Part shown: piece by piece, positions 42,731 to 50,521 of the stretch
Layout of the letters: every line of letters begins with the position of its first letter
Numbering within the stretch: position 1 is the stretch's first letter
NCBI GenBank assembly: GCA_035906055.1
Contig: JAMIFV010000005.1
Coordinates: forward strand, 26,996-90,995
Reading direction: 5' to 3'
From: Alphaproteobacteria bacterium
GTDB lineage: Bacteria; Pseudomonadota; Alphaproteobacteria; Rickettsiales; JABCZZ01
Length of the DNA stretch: 64,000 bases
The notes under the pieces: model-generated
Seen by the model: the letters and a program-made list of their open reading frames with translations, nothing else
The model's database searches: none
What the model was told of the DNA's origin: nothing
Translations under genes and position numbers: made by a program

Positions 42731-43417
42731 TTAAAAAACAAACCCTTGCGGCTTATTGAATTCCTCCAGCGGGGCTACGCTGGCGTTGCTGGTGGCGCTG
42801 CGGTAGAGGGTATTGTTGATTTTCCTGTATTCCACAAGGCTTCCAAGGCCAAGCACACCCACGGCTTTGCGGGCATTGGACTCAAAAGTCACGATCCTGC
42901 CGCCTTCCTTCAGTTGGTCGGCCAGCATTTGCGGGATGAACTCCACCGCGCCCTGAATGAGGATCACGTCGAAGGGGCTGCGCGGCTGCACGCCCTCGGT
43001 GAGCGGCACTTCAAATAATGCCACGTTGGCGAGGCCCTTGAGGTTTTCCCGGGCCTGCCTGGCCAGTTCCGGGTTCGATTCCACCGCCACCACGCTCAGC
43101 GCCATGTGCGAAAGCACGGCGGCGGAATAACCGCTGGCGCAGCCTACATCGAGTACGGTGTCCTGCCTGCTGATGCCGGACTGGTCCAGAAGCCTTGCAA
43201 AGGCAAGGGGTTCCATGAGGAAGCGGCCATGGCCAAGGGGAATCTCTTCATCCACATAGGCCACACCCTTCAGGGATACGGGCACAAACGCTTCGCGCGA
43301 GACGGCCATCAGGGCGTCCGCGATGCTCTGCTTAAGGACATTGCCAGTAAAAATCTGGCTTTTCAGCATGTTTTGGCGAACTGCCGAAGAAAAGGACGGG
43401 GAAGATGAGCCGCTCAT
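42731..43417 (-). CDS. pcm: protein-L-isoaspartate O-methyltransferase
   Basis: ORF trimmed to the ATG at 43417; the listed N-terminal extension runs antisense through tRNA-Cys. SAM motif VLDVGCASGYSAAVL and DVILIQGAVE. Confidence 0.8.
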   Translation of the reverse strand: MSGSSSPSFSSAVRQNMLKSQIFTGNVLKQSIADALMAVSREAFVPVSLKGVAYVDEEIPLGHGRFLMEPLAFARLLDQSGISRQDTVLDVGCASGYSAAVLSHMALSVVAVESNPELARQARENLKGLANVALFEVPLTEGVQPRSPFDVILIQGAVEFIPQMLADQLKEGGRIVTFESNARKAVGVLGLGSLVEYRKINNTLYRSATSNASVAPLEEFNKPQGFVF

Positions 43418-43530
43418 GGAACCTGCCTGATCAAAATAAATAGCATCTATGCCGTGTAATATAAGTATGCCCGCAAAATTGCAATGCACAACTTGACCCA
43501 ATACAGCGGGGGCGTTATAGCGGGTGGCAT

Positions 43531-43605
43531 GGCTGGGTAGCAAAGTGGTAATGCGCGGGTCTGCAAAACCTGTATGCGGCGGTTCGATTCCGCCCCCGGC
43601 CTCCA
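43531..43605 (+). tRNA. tRNA-Cys (anticodon GCA)
   Basis: Manual fold: acceptor GGCTGGG/CCCGGCC (one G-U pair), anticodon stem CGGGT/ACCTG with loop CTGCAAA, T arm GGCGG-TTCGATT-CCGCC, discriminator U73 (a Cys identity element) and encoded CCA. Confidence 0.9.
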
Positions 43606-43772
43606 AAACTTCAGTCGCCTCCGTTCATCCCTGTTCGTATGTGTTCGTATAAGCCTTTGTTTTGACAAAGATTATTACGCGCATATATTCGTAACAATCC
43701 GCCACTAATTTTGCTCAGCCGTACAAGTATGGGGGCATTATTGGGGGCATCAGGAAAGGACTGGGGGCATCT

Positions 43773-45014
43773 ATGACGCTAAACAAGGGTGATTGCAGAG
43801 ACGCGGAGCCGAAAGACAAGGCCTATAAGCTGAGCGACGGCGGAGGCTTGTATCTTGAAGTCGTGCCGAACGGCGGAAAGTATTGGCGAATGAAATACCG
43901 CTTTAACCGTAAAGAGAAGCGCCTTTCTTTTGGCGTCTATCCCATCGTGGAACTGGAAGATGCCCGCGACATGCGCCACCAGGCGAAGAAGCTGCTAAGC
44001 CAAGGCATCGACCCTAGCAAGGTAAAGCAGGAGAATGAAACCAAGCGTATGCGTGAGGCGCAGAATACTTTTAAGGCGGTTGCGCTGGAGTGGCATGAGA
44101 ACCGCAAAGATACTTGGAGCGAAGATTATGCCAGCAACACACTACGCCGCATGGAGGCAGATGTTTTTCCGTACATAGGAACCATGCCTATTGCTACCAT
44201 TACCGCCCCGGACGTGCTTGATGCACTGAGGAAGATCGAAAAGCGCGGCTCGTTTGATATTGCAGGCCGCACGCGGCAGATATGCGGCCAGGTATTCCGC
44301 TATGGCATCCAGACCGGCAGGTGCGACCGTGATATTGCAGTTGATCTGAGAGGGGCTCTAAAAACACGCAAGACAAAGCATTTTGCCGCTATTGACGTTA
44401 AAGAGATACCGGAACTGCTGGAAGCATTGGAACGTAACGATGCCAGGCTCTACGCCAGGACACGCCGTGCTATCAAATTATCAATGCTGGTATTCACCAG
44501 GCCGGGGGAAATACGCCAGGCCGAGTGGAAAGAAATCAACTTTGAGGAAAAGCAGTGGATCATTCCCGCCGAGCGTATGAAGATGCGACGTCCGTTGATT
44601 GTGCCGCTCTCCAGCCAGGCGATTCAGATTTTACGGGAGCAGCAGGAGGAGACGGGGCACATCAATACTCCCTTTGTCTTTCCTGGCCAGCACAGTCCCC
44701 GAAAGCCGATGTGTGATGCCGCCGTGCGGGTCGCACTACACAAGCTGGGCTTCAAGGGCCGCATGACGGCTCACGGCTTCCGTGCTCTCGCCCGCACCGG
44801 CATACGGGAGAAGCTCAATTACGATCCCGATGTGATCGAATGCCAGTTGGCGCACAAAGCAGCCGGGCCGCTGGGTGAAGCCTACAATCGCGCACAGTTT
44901 GTCGAGAAGCGACGTGTTATGATGCAGGAATGGGCGGATTACATTGATTCCGTCATGGAAGCGCGCAAACAACACCCGCAACGCTCGGTAAGTGAGGTAA
45001 AAAATGCTGCTTGA
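43773..45014 (+). CDS. int: tyrosine recombinase, P4-type integrase (DUF4102 N-terminal arm-binding domain)
   Basis: AEPKDKAYKLSDGGGLYLEVVPNGGKYWRMKYRFNRKEKRLSFGVYP matches the DUF4102 signature. The catalytic region has R(TRRAIKL), HGFR, LAH and GEAYNRA (the Tyr). Confidence 0.95.
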   Translation: MTLNKGDCRDAEPKDKAYKLSDGGGLYLEVVPNGGKYWRMKYRFNRKEKRLSFGVYPIVELEDARDMRHQAKKLLSQGIDPSKVKQENETKRMREAQNTFKAVALEWHENRKDTWSEDYASNTLRRMEADVFPYIGTMPIATITAPDVLDALRKIEKRGSFDIAGRTRQICGQVFRYGIQTGRCDRDIAVDLRGALKTRKTKHFAAIDVKEIPELLEALERNDARLYARTRRAIKLSMLVFTRPGEIRQAEWKEINFEEKQWIIPAERMKMRRPLIVPLSSQAIQILREQQEETGHINTPFVFPGQHSPRKPMCDAAVRVALHKLGFKGRMTAHGFRALARTGIREKLNYDPDVIECQLAHKAAGPLGEAYNRAQFVEKRRVMMQEWADYIDSVMEARKQHPQRSVSEVKNAA

Positions 45015-45549
45015 TAAGCGAAAGCGCGGAATTGAGAAAAAGATTGTGGAGCAGTCATCGGAGATGATGGAAGCATTTCTCCATCCAGACGCAAAGAAAC
45101 ACAAATCGCCACAATGGAAGGATCAGTTCAAGAAGCAGGCTATGCTGCTACTGTGGGAGTGTTACTTCGAGGAAATCCCTCCTCCCATAGAGCTTGTCAT
45201 GCTCAGCAGCTGCATTCTTGGCAAGCGGCATGACTGGTCTACCGCTAAGTTTGCCGTAGTGAGCTATCTTGCCTTAACATGCCCGCCTTCAAAAGCCGTC
45301 AAAGATTTACCATCAGGCGTAAAGTCCGAAGTCAGCCGCATCATCAAACGGCATGGCGGGCTGCAAAAGAAGCCGCGCCAGCTGGATTCATTCGTAGGCA
45401 GCGAAGAACACGACTATCGCCGCATCTTCGACAAATGGATCAAGGATGAAATTTTCATCCGCCTTTGGCAGAAGAAATACGTTCAATATCAGAACCGACC
45501 GTACAATGCTGAGGCAATTGAAATCGCAAAAATGGCGCTGGAAGAGTAA
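45004..45549 (+). CDS. hypothetical protein (island)
   Basis: 181-aa ORF overlapping the int stop by 11 nt. No motif recognised. Confidence 0.4.
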   Translation: MLLDKRKRGIEKKIVEQSSEMMEAFLHPDAKKHKSPQWKDQFKKQAMLLLWECYFEEIPPPIELVMLSSCILGKRHDWSTAKFAVVSYLALTCPPSKAVKDLPSGVKSEVSRIIKRHGGLQKKPRQLDSFVGSEEHDYRRIFDKWIKDEIFIRLWQKKYVQYQNRPYNAEAIEIAKMALEE

Positions 45550-45670
45550 ATTTTTATAAACGTAAAATATCGCGTTTTTTCCCCATTAGCGCCCACATTC
45601 TTTTCTATTTACCCTGATTCGTACATGGACTGCACCGTTCATGCTTATTGCCAGAATCAGGAGAAAAGAT

Positions 45671-45898
45671 ATGACGACGTATCATGATAAGCCATTATAT
45701 TCTATTCCCGAAATCATCGAAATGGTCGGGATCGGACGCACGCGGCTGTATCAGGAGTTGAACAGTGAGCGGTTGAAAGCGGTTAAGATCGGTAAACGCA
45801 CCTGTGTCACTAAAGCCAGCCTGGAAACATGGCTTTCAAAACTGGATGGATACCTCCCTGAGAAGCAGAGGGGGAAAGCTAATGTATGCAGCAAGTAA
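45671..45898 (+). CDS. alpA: AlpA-family helix-turn-helix excisionase/regulator
   Basis: LYSIPEIIEMVGIGRTRLYQELNSERLKAVKIGKRTCVTKASLETWL is an AlpA/MerR-type HTH. Start trimmed to MTTYHDK. Confidence 0.75.
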   Translation: MTTYHDKPLYSIPEIIEMVGIGRTRLYQELNSERLKAVKIGKRTCVTKASLETWLSKLDGYLPEKQRGKANVCSK

Positions 45899-48395
45899 CG
45901 CCAATAGTTTAGTCGAGATCAATGACCACCCTAATCTACCAATATGGGCAGAGAAAATCGATGAAACCGACATAACCGGCATCTCAAATAAGGATTTTCT
46001 TGAAGTCACCTTTGGTGTGATAGATCAGCATGCTCAGCCCATGGTCGTAAGTTTTCTGGAATCTCCCGCCAGTTGCGATCAACGCGCATGGCATGGATTA
46101 GCTAGAAAGCACGCTGAGGCGACGGATTACCTGTTCGACGGTGGCAACAACTATTTCAGCTTGTCCGTATTTTCCCCAGACGAAAGCGGTTTCTACGCCC
46201 GTAAAAAAAACCGCTTTTATGAACAACGTGCAATCATGCTTGATGATGTAGGAACAAAAGTCCCGCTGGAACGGTTGATTGTTGAGCCAACCGCATTGAT
46301 CCAAACATCGGAAGGAAACTATCAGGCGGTCTATCTCCTGTCGGAACCGATCCAAAATGCAGAAGATGCGGATGCATTGATGAAGGCTTTTATCGGAGCT
46401 GCTTTATGTGATCCTGGATCCGATGGCCCTACGGCTCGTCTTGCCCGCCTGCCGCGCGGTATCAACGCAAAATACACTCCGGCCTTTGTCTGCCGTCTGC
46501 GGCATTGGAATCCTAGCAAGCGCTACAGCCGGGAAGAACTGATTGCAGGTTTCGGTATAAGAGATTTTCTTTCGGTTCAAAAACCGGAGAAAGCCAAAAA
46601 AGAAAAGAAGCCACGTCCCGAAACAGGCGATCCAATCTATTTCCCGACAGATGACGAAAATCCTGTCGTCGTTGCTCTGAAAAACAAAGGCTTATATAAA
46701 ACCCCTTTGGGCAGTGGAAAAATCGACATTACATGTCCCTGGGTACATGACCACACAGATGCTGCTAATCAGGGAACGACTTATTTTGAACCGGACGATA
46801 ATTATCCTATTGGCGGATTCAACTGTTTTCACGCGCATTGCAAACACAGAAGTATCAAAAACCTGCTTGAATATCTTGAAGTAAGCCCGCGTCATGCTCG
46901 CGGAAAAGCACAAATCTACGTCAATCCGGGCGAGATGGGGCACATTCTTGATGCCGCTGAGCGCGAACTGGCAAAATCCGGGCATCATTATCAGCGCGGC
47001 GGCATGATTTCCATCGTATCGACAACGCCGGAAACCAACCATACGTCAATCATTCCGATTAAATCATCGAATGTACGGGTCGCCCTTTCCAATGCCGCCC
47101 TTTGGTATAGATACAGCTCAACCGCTGAAGACTATGTACAAATCGACCCTCCGGCAGAATATGCAAAAACTCTGTTTGATGCACCAGAATATCGCTATCT
47201 TCCAGTCCTTCGCGGGTTGGCACGGCAGCCGTATTTGCGCAGTGATGGGTCGTTGATGACAATGCCAGGATATGATCCACTAACGGGGATGTTTGGCGTT
47301 TTTGCCATGCAGGATTTTAATGTTCTTGAGAACCCGTCGCTAGATGATATGCGGAATGCTCTCCAACTTATTGAATCTCTGCTGGAGGAGTGCCCGTTCA
47401 AAAGTCCCATCGACAAAGCGGCAGCCATGTGTGCAATACTGACGGCTTCAATTCGTTCCAGTTTACCACTGGCTCCCATGTTTCACATCAGGGCACCGCA
47501 GGTAGGATCGGGGAAATCCTTCCTGTGTCGCCTGATTGCTGCTTTCGCTTCCGCCCGTTTGGGTACGCCTACGACATTTCCACAGGAGGATGAGGAATGC
47601 AGAAAACTCCTGTTAGCCGAGCTTTTGACGGCACCTGCAGTCATTGAATTTGACAATTTGACGACCGATCTTGTGGCGCATAAGAGTCTGTGCGTCGCGT
47701 TGACCTCTGAATATATGACGGATCGCATCCTTGGCGTGTCGAAGACGGCTTCCGTCAGTACACGGACGTTGTTTCTTTCCAGCGGTAATAATGTCGCCCC
47801 TGTCCAGGATATGGTGCGCAGGTGTATCACCATCGACCTCGATCCCGCCTGTGAGACGCCTGCCGCTAAGACGTACAAAAATCCCCGACTAATCGAGATG
47901 GTACTGGCAGAACGTGGAAAATACGTCTCTGCCGCCTTGACCATCATCAGGGGCTGGATCGTCGCTGGACGGCCAAAGCAGGCATGCAAGGCGCTTTCAA
48001 CCTTTAATGATTGGGTGGATCATTGCGTACAGCCACTGCTGAACTTTGGTTATGCCAATCCCATGCTTTCAGCGTTTGATGCCATGAATGCCGACCCGGA
48101 TCGAGAGGCTATTGCCAGGCTGATGAATGTCTGGAAAGATTGTTTTGAGAAAGCACCAGGCATGGTGCGCGACCTAGTAGGCCACGCTCATAGTAACATA
48201 GAGTTGGCAGAAATTCTTGAAGACATCGCACCGGACAGAAAAGGCGGATTTAACAACAAGAGCCTCGGTCGATGGCTCAAGCGCCATGCTGGGCGGGTTG
48301 TTAATGGATACCGCTTCGTTCCTGCTGATGGGTCGAGAAATGCCAGCGCGTGGAAGCTGGAATCGGTTCCATCGGTTTTATCGGTTTCCAACTAG
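45882..48395 (+). CDS. replication protein: RepB'-like primase domain + Zn-binding motif + P-loop NTPase
   Basis: Start trimmed to the ATG at 45882, after agggggaaag. MLDDVGTKV...ALIQTSEGNYQAVYLL resembles the RepB'/RSF1010 primase core (DD...ETSPgNyQ). Also carries CPWVHDHTD...FNCFHAHCKH (C/H4-type) and Walker A APQVGSGKSF with Walker B VIEFDN. Confidence 0.6.
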   Translation: MYAASNANSLVEINDHPNLPIWAEKIDETDITGISNKDFLEVTFGVIDQHAQPMVVSFLESPASCDQRAWHGLARKHAEATDYLFDGGNNYFSLSVFSPDESGFYARKKNRFYEQRAIMLDDVGTKVPLERLIVEPTALIQTSEGNYQAVYLLSEPIQNAEDADALMKAFIGAALCDPGSDGPTARLARLPRGINAKYTPAFVCRLRHWNPSKRYSREELIAGFGIRDFLSVQKPEKAKKEKKPRPETGDPIYFPTDDENPVVVALKNKGLYKTPLGSGKIDITCPWVHDHTDAANQGTTYFEPDDNYPIGGFNCFHAHCKHRSIKNLLEYLEVSPRHARGKAQIYVNPGEMGHILDAAERELAKSGHHYQRGGMISIVSTTPETNHTSIIPIKSSNVRVALSNAALWYRYSSTAEDYVQIDPPAEYAKTLFDAPEYRYLPVLRGLARQPYLRSDGSLMTMPGYDPLTGMFGVFAMQDFNVLENPSLDDMRNALQLIESLLEECPFKSPIDKAAAMCAILTASIRSSLPLAPMFHIRAPQVGSGKSFLCRLIAAFASARLGTPTTFPQEDEECRKLLLAELLTAPAVIEFDNLTTDLVAHKSLCVALTSEYMTDRILGVSKTASVSTRTLFLSSGNNVAPVQDMVRRCITIDLDPACETPAAKTYKNPRLIEMVLAERGKYVSAALTIIRGWIVAGRPKQACKALSTFNDWVDHCVQPLLNFGYANPMLSAFDAMNADPDREAIARLMNVWKDCFEKAPGMVRDLVGHAHSNIELAEILEDIAPDRKGGFNNKSLGRWLKRHAGRVVNGYRFVPADGSRNASAWKLESVPSVLSVSN

Positions 48396-49135
48396 CCGCT
48401 CAGCCGAAAGTTTTGAAGACCAGTAACCATAAGAGCGATACCAAATGCACACAGAAAAATTAGCAATATTCGTATGATAAAAACAAAGACGTTTTTCATA
48501 CACACGTCGTGCAGCTTTTGACTGTTAACGAATATATATCCTATGGAGAAAAGCAATCCGAGTATTATCGCCATGCTCGGCATTTCTTTATAAAATGCTA
48601 TGCCACTATACACACCGATGACGGCAAAAATTAGAACAGAGGCAGCGCAGATCGTATTCAGCGTACCTTCTAAGGAAATCCTTTGCAGATAGTGCTGCCA
48701 CTTTAGCGGGTACGCTTTTTTAGCGTAGGATTGCAGAAAATCTATAACTCGCTTTTCGTGATCCTTGTCATACCTATCCAAGGCAAGAAAACAAATGCCA
48801 ACATAAACCTGCGATTTTGTTCTGAGATTGTGTATCTCTTTTTCGAGCCAGGATAACCATTCCTTGACGTTTTCCTGAACGGGTTTGTTGGGGAGCAAGT
48901 ATCGCTTGCGCCAATACGCTGCCATTTGGTCATGAAAATCCTGCAAAACTCTATGATCGAACGAGTGCAAATTTTTCAATGCAGCTACAATCTCATTTTC
49001 GGGATCGGCTTCAAACCGCGCTAGATAGTGTTTGCGGCAGCCCCCCAAAATAATACCCATTGCCTTGCCGTATTGGTCGTGCTGTGCCCACTGAAAATCT
49101 GTTTTATCGCCATCGAACCGCTCGGATACGATCAT
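48392..49135 (-). CDS. hypothetical membrane protein (island)
   Basis: A soluble N-terminal ~160 aa is followed by three hydrophobic helices (ASVLIFAVIGVYSGIAF, AIILGLLFSIGYIFV, IIRILLIFLCAFGIALMV). The start overlaps the upstream gene's stop (ATGA). Confidence 0.5.
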   Translation of the reverse strand: MIVSERFDGDKTDFQWAQHDQYGKAMGIILGGCRKHYLARFEADPENEIVAALKNLHSFDHRVLQDFHDQMAAYWRKRYLLPNKPVQENVKEWLSWLEKEIHNLRTKSQVYVGICFLALDRYDKDHEKRVIDFLQSYAKKAYPLKWQHYLQRISLEGTLNTICAASVLIFAVIGVYSGIAFYKEMPSMAIILGLLFSIGYIFVNSQKLHDVCMKNVFVFIIRILLIFLCAFGIALMVTGLQNFRLSG

Positions 49136-49419
49136 AGAGGATCACCGACGCGGCCATAGATAGCGAGTTTGCCGGATTGGAAACAGGCATAATAACGGTC
49201 GGAATAATCTCCTGGGCGACGATTCCAGAAGTCACGCCACATGCTGTAGTAGTAGCAATCGGCGTGGCCTTTAATGGCGGCAGAGCTGTCAGGTTCACCC
49301 ATAATATCGCGTACCTGGTCACGGGTCATGCCGAGCTCCAACTGATTGGTTGTCGATCTGGGATTGGCGCAGGCCGCGAGTAGTAGAAGTGTAAAGCTGA
49401 TGATGACGGTTCTTTTCAT
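49132..49419 (-). CDS. small lipoprotein, BamE/SmpA-OmlA-like
   Basis: ORF trimmed to MKRTVIISFTLLLLAAC (lipobox). LELGMTRDQVRDIMGEPD is typical of the SmpA/OmlA fold. Confidence 0.5.
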   Translation of the reverse strand: MKRTVIISFTLLLLAACANPRSTTNQLELGMTRDQVRDIMGEPDSSAAIKGHADCYYYSMWRDFWNRRPGDYSDRYYACFQSGKLAIYGRVGDPL

Positions 49420-49935
49420 AAACTCCCCCCTTAGTTGCGGAAACGGCACCAGATTTTGGTTCTCTGGTGCCGGGAGGTAGTTACCGCTCGTACGAACGGC
49501 GCAGCGTATTCACGCAAGCGCTATTATATTCCGCCGCCCTCCCGACAAAGTGTCGAGAAAGCAACGTCATTGGTTTCGGCCTGACATTGCTTAGGCCGCG
49601 TACGAAGGGGTAACTAGCCCCAGAAACGGTTATGCCGTTTCCAAAAGCGAAGTTAGATAAAAAGCAAAGATATAACAATCAAAAACGCCGCCTCTACATG
49701 ATGCCTGCAGCCTGGCACTAATTAGGCTATCTTCTTACCTGATCTATATTAAACAGTTGCTTAGCTGTTTTGGGGGGTGATTCTGTTTATGTGTTTTTCT
49801 GCGCCAAACGAAGGAATTTTGTTTTTCTTTAGAAAATTCAAATGCCAATCAAATAGAAAAAATGTATTTATCGGAGTGCGCACCAGACCTGTGAGTGATT
49901 CGGAAAATAACGTAGACCAATAGAAAGCACATTTT

Positions 49936-50520
49936 ATGGCTATGGAACGTCTGCCACGCTGCTTACCTGAGTGGCTTCAAAGAAAAGGCATCACTACCCA
50001 GAAACAACTCGTGTTGAGATTGCTTCCTTATCTCGAATGGCGCTCTAAACAGGAGGTGGTGGACTTATTTTTGCAAGTCTTGCCACATGCAAAATCCTCA
50101 ACTAAAAAATCCTCCGCACTTGATCGCCAAATTTTAGAGTTGCTGAGAGCGGGGCTGATTGAAAGAGCCTATGGGGCTAATCCTCCAACCCCGGCTCGTT
50201 CACCTAATGCTACCCCTCATCGTTACGCTTATTATCGAAGAGTAACGAAACGAATGCCGCGTCCAAAAAGATCTATGATGACTATTACACCGGAGGGGTA
50301 TCCACCAAAAGAGGTTAAAAAGCCGAAAACTTCCAGGAAGCGCTTTAAGAAAAGCACTACCTGTTTAACTGCTTCAGACATCGAATTTATAAAAATGAAT
50401 CCCTACGGCATGTCTACTCATGCTTTGGGAGAAATGTTTCGCATTTGCCAATCCTCAGCATGGAGGATAAGACGGGGGAAGATTCCTAAACACCTTAGGA
50501 GCGAATTTAAGAAACTTTAG
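49936..50520 (+). CDS. hypothetical basic protein with putative C-terminal HTH
   Basis: 194 aa. A Lys/Arg-rich centre is followed by MSTHALGEMFRICQSSAWRIRRGKIP, which looks HTH-like. Convergent with the defence operon, with the two stop codons adjacent. Confidence 0.35.
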   Translation: MAMERLPRCLPEWLQRKGITTQKQLVLRLLPYLEWRSKQEVVDLFLQVLPHAKSSTKKSSALDRQILELLRAGLIERAYGANPPTPARSPNATPHRYAYYRRVTKRMPRPKRSMMTITPEGYPPKEVKKPKTSRKRFKKSTTCLTASDIEFIKMNPYGMSTHALGEMFRICQSSAWRIRRGKIPKHLRSEFKKL

Positions 50521-50521
50521 T

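Noticed and set aside
49528-49543. Possible degenerate attR / island seam: attccgccgccctccc resembles the tRNA-Cys 3' end attccgcccccggcctcc
   Set aside because: Only the first 8 nt match contiguously (about 12 of 19 overall). This is within chance expectation for a GC-rich 8-mer in 64 kb.
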